DNA of 64,000 bases, taken from assembly GCA_964474435.1 (NCBI GenBank), contig CAYYSI010000001.1:126647-190646 (forward strand), in the 5' to 3' direction. Below the pieces are notes generated by a model. That model was not told the DNA's origin, did no database searches, and worked only from the letters and a program-made list of their open reading frames with translations. The stretch is from an uncultured Candidatus Saccharibacteria bacterium. Its GTDB lineage: Bacteria; Patescibacteriota; Minisyncoccia; Phycocordibacterales; UBA9973. This document shows, piece by piece, positions 1 to 8,575 of this stretch. The position numbers were made by a program, and so were the translations under genes. The number at the start of each line of letters is the position of its first letter. Position 1 is the stretch's first letter.

Positions 1-59
1 CCAATACCAATGACTTTGATACGAGCAGCGGTTTCGATTTCGGGGATGACTTTTGGCAT
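1..59 (-). CDS. ftsZ: Cell division GTPase FtsZ, N-terminal fragment (gene continues off the window start)
   Basis: Reverse complement of 1-59 translates to MPKVIPEIETAARIKVIGIG, matching the FtsZ N-terminus and the start of the IKVIGVGGGG tubulin motif. A purine-rich RBS (ggaaaggg) lies just upstream. Confidence 0.6.
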   Translation of the reverse strand, partial: MPKVIPEIETAARIKVIGI

Positions 60-179
60 ATGTTTTTTCCCTTTCCACGGGGAGTTAGTGCTACAGCACA
101 TATACTAGCAGAACGAGGAAAAAGGGCAATGAATATTGACAAATAAATTGAATATGTTATTTTCAATAAAAAATAATTT

Positions 180-422
180 ATGAGCTATCGAAGAAAACTT
201 TCTATTGTGTTCATTACATTTATTTTCTTTATCGCAGGTTTCTTTGGTGGAGTTAATTGGGAATTTAAAAATAAAGGCGTAACTGACGCCGATACACCAG
301 ATATAATTTGTTCAGTACTATTTTGGACTGGCGCTATACTTTTGTTGGGTGCTCTTTTTTTAAAAAGAAAACCAAAAGTAAATGAACTCGAATCTGATAT
401 AGAAAATATTGGAAAAAAGTAA
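180..422 (+). CDS. Small two-TM membrane protein, hypothetical
   Basis: 80-aa ORF with two hydrophobic helices. It lies between ftsA and ftsZ on the opposite strand, with a TTGACA-like -35 upstream and a hairpin terminator downstream. Confidence 0.45.
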   Translation: MSYRRKLSIVFITFIFFIAGFFGGVNWEFKNKGVTDADTPDIICSVLFWTGAILLLGALFLKRKPKVNELESDIENIGKK

Positions 423-425
423 TTT

Positions 426-459
426 AGAACTCTTCGTTATTCGAAGAGTTCTTTTATTT
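426..459. terminator. Bidirectional intrinsic terminator
   Basis: Hairpin agaactcttcg-ttatt-cgaagagttct flanked by an A-run upstream and a T-run downstream. It abuts the stop codons of both the 80-aa ORF (+) and ftsA (-). Confidence 0.6.
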
Positions 460-1630
460 ACGGCATCAGTTGTTTGAAAAAGTTTTTGATGGTGTTGATG
501 AAGCCGTCGTGGTCGCCGGATGAAGAGTGAGTATTTTTGGACGACACTCGATCAACGATGCCAGTTGCGACGCCGTATGCAACAAGGAGACGTTGGTCTT
601 TGGTTTTGGTACCAGATGCAATGGGGAATTCGAGGAAGCCGATGCGAGCGGGGATTTTCAGCATATTTTTTGCAACACTTTCGATCATTGGGATCTGTGC
701 ACCGCCACCAATAATGATCGCACCTGCCGGGAGGAGTCCACTGCGTCCAATTTTTTTTAAATATTTATCGATGAGTTCAAAGATATCAGAGAGACGTGCT
801 TCAACTATTTCATCCAATCGTTTCTTTGGTACTGCCTGAAATGACACCACGCCGAGTTTGATGTTTTCTGCTTCTTCGGGGGTGACACGGAGTCCGAGTG
901 CGATGTCTTTGGTGATGTCGAGTGATCCGATGCCAAAGACATGGAGTGAAGTCACAGAATTATTTTCGTAAATTGATACAGACACAGTCTCTGCACCAAT
1001 GTCGATGAGTGCACAGCCAAAGTTGCGCTGGAGGTCCGTGAGCAAGAGTTGCTCCGTTGCAAGAGGGGTGGCGGTGAAGCTCGTGACTTTGACACCGGCA
1101 TCGCTCACCACTGCAAGCAAGTCATCGAGGTGTTGTTGGAAGCATGTGATAAAGAGGACTTTGATCTCGAGCTTGAATCCTTGGATACCTTCGGGGCGAG
1201 TCGGGAGCTCTTTGCCATCAACACGAAAGAGTATTGGGAAGGCATGCAGGATGACTTTGTTTTTGATCTCGAGTTTTGCTTCGGCATCTGCGATAGCTTT
1301 TTCGATATCGAGTTTACTGATGATGGAGTCAGCGCGCGTGACCATAGCAGAACCAGTTGCGTATTCGGCTCCTAGTCCGATGCCGCCGATCGCGAGACTT
1401 GCAGATCTAATGCGTTGCCCACTTGCTTGTTCGGCATCGCGTACTGCGAGTCGAAGGGACGCAACTGCTTCGTCGCGGTTGATGATATATCCATGGCGAA
1501 GTCCTCGACTCGGAGTCACGCTCTCGCCAATGATCCGTGGCAATGCACCATCGCTTGCAACAGAATCGCACACGACAATACGTGTGAGAGATGTTCCGAT
1601 ATCAATACCGACTGCAATGGATTGTTTCAT
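458..1630 (-). CDS. ftsA: Cell division protein FtsA (actin-like ATPase)
   Basis: MKQSIAVGIDIGTSLTRIVV... is an actin-fold phosphate-1 motif with FtsA-like architecture, next to ftsZ. The track ORF begins at a TTG (1639). The first ATG is at 1630. Confidence 0.7.
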   Translation of the reverse strand: MKQSIAVGIDIGTSLTRIVVCDSVASDGALPRIIGESVTPSRGLRHGYIINRDEAVASLRLAVRDAEQASGQRIRSASLAIGGIGLGAEYATGSAMVTRADSIISKLDIEKAIADAEAKLEIKNKVILHAFPILFRVDGKELPTRPEGIQGFKLEIKVLFITCFQQHLDDLLAVVSDAGVKVTSFTATPLATEQLLLTDLQRNFGCALIDIGAETVSVSIYENNSVTSLHVFGIGSLDITKDIALGLRVTPEEAENIKLGVVSFQAVPKKRLDEIVEARLSDIFELIDKYLKKIGRSGLLPAGAIIIGGGAQIPMIESVAKNMLKIPARIGFLEFPIASGTKTKDQRLLVAYGVATGIVDRVSSKNTHSSSGDHDGFINTIKNFFKQLMP

Positions 1631-1727
1631 CACGTACAAAATATGGCCGTGGCCGTTATTGGAAATAAGCTGTTAGTGTAAAAATTGTTTCGACCATATA
1701 TATCTCTATCACGATTTTGTACGTGAT
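1629..1727. repeat. Inverted-repeat pair ATCACGTACAAAAT (1629-1642) / ATTTTGTACGTGAT (1714-1727) flanking a 71-bp ORF-less core, overlapping the ftsA start codon
   Basis: Read directly from the sequence. The same motif recurs at 42062-42075 and 42330-42342. Confidence 0.7.
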
Positions 1728-1734
1728 TCATTAA

Positions 1735-2127
1735 TTACCTTTGCGAAGCGAAAAACTTCATGAAGTGTTTTTCCTTACGCTCCATTGTACTCCCATGTTC
1801 CATTCCTTTCAAATGCAGCATGCTGTGAATGAGTATAAATATTACATATTCGTCGTATTCCATCTCAAATTTTTTATATTCTTTGCGCAATGCAGTTGTG
1901 CACAAAATGATCTCACCACTTTTTTCGGTGAGAGAAAATGAAAGTGTATTGGGAATGTAATCTTTCTTTCGGTGCTCAATATTGAGTGCTTGCGCGCGAG
2001 CAGGGGATACAAATGCGATCGAGAGTTCATACCCTTTGCCCAAGACTTTTTTCTTGATTGCCAAAAATGGCACGCCGGGTAGGGTGCCATTTCCAGAAAT
2101 TGAGAGGTTGTGTGCTTCGAATGTCAT
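1735..2127 (-). CDS. ybeY: rRNA maturation endoribonuclease YbeY
   Basis: HSMLHLKGMEH fits the YbeY H-x3-H-x5-H zinc motif. Length is 130 aa. Confidence 0.75.
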   Translation of the reverse strand: MTFEAHNLSISGNGTLPGVPFLAIKKKVLGKGYELSIAFVSPARAQALNIEHRKKDYIPNTLSFSLTEKSGEIILCTTALRKEYKKFEMEYDEYVIFILIHSMLHLKGMEHGSTMERKEKHFMKFFASQR

Positions 2128-2184
2128 TTGGTGGTTATATACCTTCGTCTCGCAAGCTCGACATAAGTGTCCGCTTCGCTCCCC

Positions 2185-2409
2185 TTACATTTTGCCCAAT
2201 TTCTTGAGGCGTTCTACTTCTTTGCGGCGAACGAGGCTCTTGATGCGCATATTCTTTTGTGCGAGTTTTGACATTGGGCGCACTGCGTAGCGGCCACCTT
2301 TTACCTTGGGGATGATCCCAGCTTCTTGCATCTTGCGCGAAAAGCGACGAATGAGGCTTGCCCCGTTTTCGTGTGCGTTTTTCTTGAGTTCTATATTAGT
2401 GGTCGGCAT
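2185..2409 (-). CDS. rpsU: 30S ribosomal protein S21
   Basis: 74-aa basic protein with LIRRFSRKMQEAGI, matching the S21 signature (RRFrr...kaG). Confidence 0.75.
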   Translation of the reverse strand: MPTTNIELKKNAHENGASLIRRFSRKMQEAGIIPKVKGGRYAVRPMSKLAQKNMRIKSLVRRKEVERLKKLGKM

Positions 2410-2499
2410 GGGCGATATCGTACCATATCAACAAAAACTGTGCAATATAAAGGTTGACATTATATAAATGAAGCGTAGAGTAGCTAAAAACATTTTATT

Positions 2500-2943
2500 A
2501 TGGAACAAATATCGATCTTTAAAGGAACGCAAGAAATAGTAAAAACTATTTTCAATAAACAATCAGAAGTTACTCAATTGCAAAAAACTATAGATGAGGA
2601 AAAAGAGAAGTTGCGTAAGATACTTATCTCTAGCTCAGATTTTTCTGAAGAAGAAAAAAGATTCCTTGGTTTGAACGTTGTGTTTTCTATAGATTCAGTA
2701 CTTGATTCGATTATTAACAAAATTGTTGTAACTGAAAAAGAGATTTATATTAGATCATTTACTATAGAGATTGGATCAAATGAGATTAATCACAATGGGT
2801 TTGCATTTGATACCGGAAGACGTGAATTAAGAGCCATTGTCGATTCTATAGCAGCTAAATTTCAATCAACTGTAACGAATCATGAATTTGATCCAGGAGG
2901 AGATTATACTTATCGTTTCAATTTGCAGCCTATAAACAGTTGA
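2500..2943 (+). CDS. Hypothetical protein
   Basis: 147-aa ORF with protein-like composition. No motif recognised. Confidence 0.45.
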   Translation: MEQISIFKGTQEIVKTIFNKQSEVTQLQKTIDEEKEKLRKILISSSDFSEEEKRFLGLNVVFSIDSVLDSIINKIVVTEKEIYIRSFTIEIGSNEINHNGFAFDTGRRELRAIVDSIAAKFQSTVTNHEFDPGGDYTYRFNLQPINS

Positions 2944-2987
2944 GATTTTATATTCCACTACTTGATAAGTTAGTGGAATATTTTTAT

Positions 2988-4859
2988 TTAAAACCTATCC
3001 GGATTCTGTTCTATTTTATAAGCAAACCTCATCGATTCGAGGAATGATTGGATGTGCATGCCTTCTTCTTCGATGTATGAGAGATGTGCTTTGATGATCC
3101 AGACCATGAGGACTTTCATACTGCCGAGATCAATGCGACGTGCGGGGAGTGCAGTGATGTCAGTGTCTGCGAAAAACTGCTCGATGGATTCTTTGACTTT
3201 GCCGCGATGACCTTCGGGCACGGTGAGCGATATTTTCACCAATAGTCCGTATGGCGGATACCCGAGCTCTTTGCGCATGATGAGCTCGTCATGCACGATG
3301 GCATTTATTTTTTGTGTCTCGAGTTGTTTGATGATAGGAAATGTTGGATTGCGCGTGCAGACGATGACTCCTTCGCTTGATGCTTGGTTGCATTCCATGA
3401 TGAGTCGCAGCACATTTTCGGTCGTAGAGAGTGATGGGGTCGAGAGCATGCGATCCATATAAGAGAAGAGGGTGTAGTGAATGCCTTTGAGATAGGGCAA
3501 TACTTTGATCGTGCCGATGACGACTGCAAATTTCTTTTGCTGGACGTCACGGATCAGAGCTTCGACGTCTTTGCTGTCGGGTGTGATGTCGTCATCCACG
3601 GTGAATACATTGTCAGGGCCGACCAGAGACGCTATTTCTTCATGAATACTTTCGGTCCCGATCATGAGCGGTGTGATATTCCAACTATCGCAGTACGTGC
3701 AGTTGTGTGTGGTCGGGAGTTCTTCGCCGCAATGCGTACAAATGAAATACCGTGCGCGCGTACCGTCGGGCATCACACGATTGCGCAACACCATCGGAAG
3801 CTCACACGCAGGGCACGTGACGATCGTGCCGCAGTCTGCGCAGCGCGAGAGTGGCGCGATACCTTTGCGGTTGGCATATATAAAGAGTCGGAATTTTTTC
3901 TTTTCGGCATGACGGATGAGGTCCATGACTTCGCTTGGGAGAGTCGTGCGATATGGTTCGATGGGTACGATGTGAAGCTTGTCAGGTATATACGTGCGCG
4001 GCAAATGATCAGCATTGAGGCGAGCAAGCGTTTCAAATCGAGGAATGGTATCACCCCAGGTGAGGTCGAGTCGTGCGTGTTCACAAAACGAGCGGATCAG
4101 GATGCGTGTGTCGATCGCATAGCGGTCATTGGTTTTGTACAAGTTGCTGCCTTCGTCTTCGGCAATGACAAAGCCGAGATCTGAGCGCGGTATCAAAAAG
4201 AATCCAGGAGTTACAAAGACGAGGAGTGGCCTATCTGATGTTTTGATAAGTGAAAAGTATGAACGCAAATTTTTCTTGGTGGTCTTGCTATGGAGGATGA
4301 CGATGTGTTTTTGGATGCCTTTTTCCAAACGCGTTGCCCATGTTTCGAGCGCGCGAATGGTGGGTGCGACGAAGTACACACTTTTCTTTGCGGCAAATGC
4401 GCTGCGGATGAGGCGTTTGTAATGATCAATACGGTCAAGTGTTGTTGCTGCAATCACGTGTTCCGTAAATGTGTCAGTTGTTGCAACACTTTCGCCCAAC
4501 ACATCGCCGAGCTTTTCGCCTTGCATGTATTCAAAAAGGAATTGTGGGATCGTGCTACCCGCAACTGCGCCGACTGGTGCGAGTGTTTGCATTGATGTTG
4601 CCTTGAGCGCGAGTATTGCTTGCTCAAAGTAGGGGAGATGCCCGAGTACTTGCTTTACTTTCTTGAGAGAAAAGGCAGCACTCTTGATGATGGACTTTGC
4701 TTCGGCAAGGGAGACACTTTCGATGACGACTCCGATGATGATTTGTCTCCCAAACGGGATCGAGACGAGGGTGCCAGGCGGCAAAAGCGACGCCGTATAA
4801 TAGGTCAGCGTGTCGAACGGGATACCTCGCGCTATAGGGATGATTGTTGCGACATACAT
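2988..4859 (-). CDS. priA: Primosomal protein N' (PriA helicase)
   Basis: N-terminus MYVATIIPIARGIPFDTLTYY is typical of PriA. Cys-rich zinc-binding insert CADCGTIVTCPACELPM...CTHCGEEL...CTYC present. 623 aa. Confidence 0.8.
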   Translation of the reverse strand: MYVATIIPIARGIPFDTLTYYTASLLPPGTLVSIPFGRQIIIGVVIESVSLAEAKSIIKSAAFSLKKVKQVLGHLPYFEQAILALKATSMQTLAPVGAVAGSTIPQFLFEYMQGEKLGDVLGESVATTDTFTEHVIAATTLDRIDHYKRLIRSAFAAKKSVYFVAPTIRALETWATRLEKGIQKHIVILHSKTTKKNLRSYFSLIKTSDRPLLVFVTPGFFLIPRSDLGFVIAEDEGSNLYKTNDRYAIDTRILIRSFCEHARLDLTWGDTIPRFETLARLNADHLPRTYIPDKLHIVPIEPYRTTLPSEVMDLIRHAEKKKFRLFIYANRKGIAPLSRCADCGTIVTCPACELPMVLRNRVMPDGTRARYFICTHCGEELPTTHNCTYCDSWNITPLMIGTESIHEEIASLVGPDNVFTVDDDITPDSKDVEALIRDVQQKKFAVVIGTIKVLPYLKGIHYTLFSYMDRMLSTPSLSTTENVLRLIMECNQASSEGVIVCTRNPTFPIIKQLETQKINAIVHDELIMRKELGYPPYGLLVKISLTVPEGHRGKVKESIEQFFADTDITALPARRIDLGSMKVLMVWIIKAHLSYIEEEGMHIQSFLESMRFAYKIEQNPDRF

Positions 4860-4885
4860 GGAATCACTATACTATTTGTACTACC

Positions 4886-5905
4886 ATGTGGAAACTCCGT
4901 ACCAGCAAGAAGATCGGCATTGATTTGGGAACAACAAATACCCTTGTATACGTTGCCGGAAAAGGCGTTGTGCTCAATGAACCAACCGTTGTCGCAGTGG
5001 ACCGCACGACCAAGACTATTGTGGCGATCGGAGCAGAAGCCAAAGAAATGATCGGCAAGATCCCAGACTCGATCGCAGTCTACAGACCGATGCAAGACGG
5101 TGCGATCGCTGACTACAACATCACGTTTGCAATGCTCAGATATTTCCTCACCAAGGCACTCGGTCGCAGCTCACTTTTTAAACCTGACGTGCTCGTATCA
5201 GTGCCTGCAGGTATCACATCGACCGAACGCCGTGCAGTTGTGGAGGCTACGATGAAAGCCGGTGCAAAAAGCGCGATCATTGTAAAGGAAGCGATCCTCG
5301 CCGCACTTGGTGCAGGGGTCTCGATCAATGACGCAAAGGGATGCATGATCATCGACTCTGGCGGAGGTACGACTGACATCGCCGTGATCTCGCTCGGCGG
5401 TATTGTTGCATCCACATCAGTGAAATGTGGTGGCAACAAACTCGACCAAGCAATCATCGACTACATCAAACGCACCTACAACGTCATCATCGGCGACCAA
5501 ACTGCCGAAGACATCAAAAAGACTTTTGCTGCAGCACTCCCGATCAATCCAGACAGCACTGGAAGTGTCAAAGGGCGCGACACTGTTGCTGGACTTCCGA
5601 TCACACTCTCGGTCACAACTAATGAATTGGTTAAAGCGATTGACTACGAACTCAAACTCATCATCAAGGCGATCAAAAGCGTGCTTGAGCAAACTCCGCC
5701 TGAGCTCGCAAGTGACATCATCGACAACGGCATCGTCATGACTGGTGGTACATCAGGACTCGCACACTTGCCCGCACTCATCGAACAACAAACCGGTATC
5801 AAAGTCCGCGTTGCAGACGATGCAGCATTTGCAGTGGTGAAGGGGACAGGGATACTGCTGGATCATTTGGATGAATATAAGAGATCTATTTTGGTGAAAA
5901 GATAA
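4886..5905 (+). CDS. mreB: Rod shape-determining protein MreB
   Basis: [16 protein letters not shown]...LNEPTVVAV, DSGGGTTDIAV, MTGGTSGL. The track ORF starts earlier (4844). The likely start is ATG at 4886. Confidence 0.9.
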   Translation: MWKLRTSKKIGIDLGTTNTLVYVAGKGVVLNEPTVVAVDRTTKTIVAIGAEAKEMIGKIPDSIAVYRPMQDGAIADYNITFAMLRYFLTKALGRSSLFKPDVLVSVPAGITSTERRAVVEATMKAGAKSAIIVKEAILAALGAGVSINDAKGCMIIDSGGGTTDIAVISLGGIVASTSVKCGGNKLDQAIIDYIKRTYNVIIGDQTAEDIKKTFAAALPINPDSTGSVKGRDTVAGLPITLSVTTNELVKAIDYELKLIIKAIKSVLEQTPPELASDIIDNGIVMTGGTSGLAHLPALIEQQTGIKVRVADDAAFAVVKGTGILLDHLDEYKRSILVKR

Positions 5906-5931
5906 AGCACCTTCATTGCTGAAGGTGCTAA
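5906..5931. terminator. Intrinsic terminator (bidirectional)
   Basis: Hairpin agcaccttca-ttgc-tgaaggtgct followed by a T-rich tail. Confidence 0.55.
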
Positions 5932-5938
5932 CTAATTT

Positions 5939-6196
5939 TTATTCGTTAGTCCAAACTGTATCTGTTCGATATGAATCGCATATGGTTACCAGATGTAGCC
6001 CATATCCATACTCCCATTTTTGCTTAAGAATATTATAGCCATAGTTATACTCCCATTTGTTCTCGCTATGGCTTTTAGTGCAAACCTCTACCGTGTAATA
6101 AGTTTTTTTATCACTTTTAGGGGGTTGGTTTGTAATGCAGGAATACAGAACTACAATTATCAAAACTAAGATCGATACATTTATTACATTTTTCAT
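5939..6196 (-). CDS. Small predicted lipoprotein, hypothetical
   Basis: Signal peptide with lipobox-like LYSC, then W/Y-rich repeats (KWEYNYGY / KWEYGYG). Low-GC region. Confidence 0.45.
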   Translation of the reverse strand: MKNVINVSILVLIIVVLYSCITNQPPKSDKKTYYTVEVCTKSHSENKWEYNYGYNILKQKWEYGYGLHLVTICDSYRTDTVWTNE

Positions 6197-6295
6197 GCGT
6201 ATAAGTTTTTTGCAACATTACAAATTACCCTTGATTTTGTCAAATAGCAGAGTAGAATAAAGAAAAATATTTATAACTTTCTAAAAATTAATAGC

Positions 6296-6433
6296 ATGGC
6301 GTACTTAATCTCATCAGATGGTTTTATTGGAAAGGTTGAACAAGGGAGAGTTACGGTTATAAAACAACCTATTACTACTACCAAAGTAAAAGTCAGCAAA
6401 TCCAAGGCCTCTAAAAAGAAAAAAATAAAGTAA
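6296..6433 (+). CDS. Small 45-aa lysine-rich ORF (not in the supplied track)
   Basis: ATG at 6296. Translation MAYLISSDGFIGKVEQGRVTVIKQPITTTKVKVSKSKASKKKKIK. Followed by a hairpin terminator. Confidence 0.25.
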   Translation: MAYLISSDGFIGKVEQGRVTVIKQPITTTKVKVSKSKASKKKKIK

Positions 6434-6456
6434 TGTGAAAAAGTGGTTTTTTATAG

Positions 6457-6490
6457 AGATTTCATCTGTCATAAGATGAAATTTTTTCTT
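6457..6490. terminator. Intrinsic terminator
   Basis: gagatttcatct-gtcata-agatgaaat followed by tttttt. Confidence 0.5.
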
Positions 6491-6518
6491 TACACCAAAC
6501 ATAGTCTATACTTCTCCA

Positions 6519-7127
6519 ATGCTCGATTTCACCTCCTACAACCCCCAACGCATATTCCTCGTCCAAGGAAATGATGAGCAGTATGACGCAATCATTGCTG
6601 AGGCTAAAAGTAGTTGGCTGATCGTGCAGACATTGTCGGTGTCGCGATTTACGGTTGATCACGCGCATGATGTCGCATCATTTGCAGTAGAAGGAAGTGG
6701 AAGTGAGCGTATGCTTGTTGTGTACTTTTCAATATTCTCGCCAGATGCGGCACAAGTACTTTTGAAATCTCTTGAAGAGCCGGACGAGCTCACAACTATC
6801 GTCTTTGTCACTCCATATCCATATATTGTGCCGATCACTATCCGGTCGCGTGTCATGTTGTTGCAAACAGAGCGATCAGCAATCGTCCCGACCAAACGCA
6901 CGCACGCGCAAGCATTGCAGTATGTCAAAGATGAACTCTCGAGTGACTCTGATGACGATGCAGCAACACGCCGTGCAAAGGCCGTAGTATTCTTGGACGA
7001 ACTTGAAACACTCTACAAATCTGATCCAATGAAATCGCAAACCATCTACGATGCCAAACGCATGCTGTTCAAGGCAAACATGCCGACGAAATACGTGATG
7101 GAGTATGTTGTAACGGCCATACTTTAG
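6519..7127 (+). CDS. DNA polymerase III clamp-loader delta'-like subunit (HolB-like, short form)
   Basis: LLKSLEEPDELTTIVFVT...TIRSR resembles the delta'/gamma-tau LLKTLEEPP...TIxSRC sensor motifs. 202 aa is short for this family. Confidence 0.5.
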   Translation: MLDFTSYNPQRIFLVQGNDEQYDAIIAEAKSSWLIVQTLSVSRFTVDHAHDVASFAVEGSGSERMLVVYFSIFSPDAAQVLLKSLEEPDELTTIVFVTPYPYIVPITIRSRVMLLQTERSAIVPTKRTHAQALQYVKDELSSDSDDDAATRRAKAVVFLDELETLYKSDPMKSQTIYDAKRMLFKANMPTKYVMEYVVTAIL

Positions 7128-7161
7128 GCTTGTTGTACAGACGAGCGAGGCAGTACACTGT

Positions 7162-7518
7162 ATGAAAATTACAGCCATGAAAAAAATATTTATTGTTCTG
7201 TTCATTCTTATTACGTCAGTACTTACTCTCCATGCACAAGCAAAACCATATGGTGGTCCTCCGGGCAACATGGTCAGTCGTGCCGATCCTGTCATAGACA
7301 CACTATTTATTGCAGTCGACGCAAATCTGGTTCCGGAATACAAAAGTGATCTAGTGTATGTGCAAATAAAAAGTGCAGTTTCTCTAACGGGTAAACGATC
7401 CTTTCGTACAACCAAGAAAAAATTTGCTGAGCTTCAAAAACAAAGACAAGGTAAACCAATATTAATTTCCCTCGTTGATGGAGAGCTTGGTGAATACTGG
7501 GTAACAAATGAGTACTAA
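7162..7518 (+). CDS. Secreted hypothetical protein
   Basis: N-terminal signal peptide MKKIFIVLFILITSVLTLHAQA. 118 aa. Confidence 0.5.
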   Translation: MKITAMKKIFIVLFILITSVLTLHAQAKPYGGPPGNMVSRADPVIDTLFIAVDANLVPEYKSDLVYVQIKSAVSLTGKRSFRTTKKKFAELQKQRQGKPILISLVDGELGEYWVTNEY

Positions 7519-7623
7519 GCAGCAATTTCAGAAAAGGCGATCATCAAATGGTCGCTTTTTTATATGACGTATTTATAAATAAAAAACCCCTCGCAACAAT
7601 ACTGCTGCGAGGGCACGGAATGT

Positions 7624-8001
7624 CTAGATCATTCCGTGAAGTTCTTTTGTCTTTTGTACACGTTGATTGAACTCATCACCCACATCTTCATCTTTTAGAA
7701 CTTGAAGCGTATAGGTTGCTGTTTTTGTTTTTATCGTGTAGTAGTCATTTTCCAGAGGTATGATTTCGGTAATAGTGATGGTTACACTCTGTCTATTTAA
7801 TTCTTCAAGTCTTATTTTTTCTCCAACCCGGCACCAACTGGCTAGTCTGCCTGCCATGATAGTTCCGATAGGAAATAAGGCTACATGCTTTGGGGCAATT
7901 TCTGTTTTTGTTAAAAAAATAGGAGCGCCTAACATAATCAGTGTATCTGCTTTCATATTATTTTTTTTCATAACCATATAACTCAAAGTATGTATTGTCA
8001 A
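7624..8001 (-). CDS. Hypothetical protein
   Basis: 125-aa ORF flanked by terminator hairpins on both sides. No family recognised. Confidence 0.4.
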   Translation of the reverse strand: MTIHTLSYMVMKKNNMKADTLIMLGAPIFLTKTEIAPKHVALFPIGTIMAGRLASWCRVGEKIRLEELNRQSVTITITEIIPLENDYYTIKTKTATYTLQVLKDEDVGDEFNQRVQKTKELHGMI

Positions 8002-8032
8002 CGTACTGAGGGTCTATGATATACTGACAGCC

Positions 8033-8569
8033 ATGTATAACTTAGACGCATTTAAAGCAGAAGCAAAACAAGCCGAAGAATGGCTTATGAAAGAATATTC
8101 GCAAATCCACACGGGACGTGCGGCACCAGCACTCCTTGATGGTGTGCAGACCGAGAGTTATGGCGCATTTCAGCCGCTCAAAAATGTAGCAAGTGTTTCT
8201 ATAGAGGACCCAAAAACTCTGCGTGTCGTCCCATGGGACAAATCCCAGATCAAAGATATCGAACGCGCACTCCATGGTGCAAACCTCGGTTTCTCTGTGT
8301 CATCTGACGATGCAGGTGTTCGCGTGATCATCCCAGCGCTCACCACCGAGACTCGCAACCAGCTTGCAAAGATCGCCAAAGACAAACTCGAAGATGCACG
8401 CATCACCGTCCGCAAGGCACGTGAATCTATGCTCAATACTCTGAAAGGCCAAGACCTCCCCGAAGACACTATGCGTGGTGCCAAAGATGATCTCCAGAAA
8501 CTCGTCGATGCCGTCAATGACACACTCGAAGCCCAACTCAAGCGAAAGGAGGCTGAGATTCAGAGTTAA
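8033..8569 (+). CDS. frr: Ribosome recycling factor
   Basis: Matches RRF along the full length (EYSQIHTGRAAPALLDGV..., RVIIPALTTETRNQL...). 178 aa. Confidence 0.9.
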   Translation: MYNLDAFKAEAKQAEEWLMKEYSQIHTGRAAPALLDGVQTESYGAFQPLKNVASVSIEDPKTLRVVPWDKSQIKDIERALHGANLGFSVSSDDAGVRVIIPALTTETRNQLAKIAKDKLEDARITVRKARESMLNTLKGQDLPEDTMRGAKDDLQKLVDAVNDTLEAQLKRKEAEIQS

Positions 8570-8575
8570 TTTATA

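Noticed and set aside
999-1676. 225-aa plus-strand ORF (and several others, 520-839 and 1049-1375) inside ftsA
   Set aside because: It lies entirely antisense to a well-supported ftsA coding region, with Ser/Ala/Arg-rich composition typical of antisense shadow ORFs in GC-rich coding sequence.
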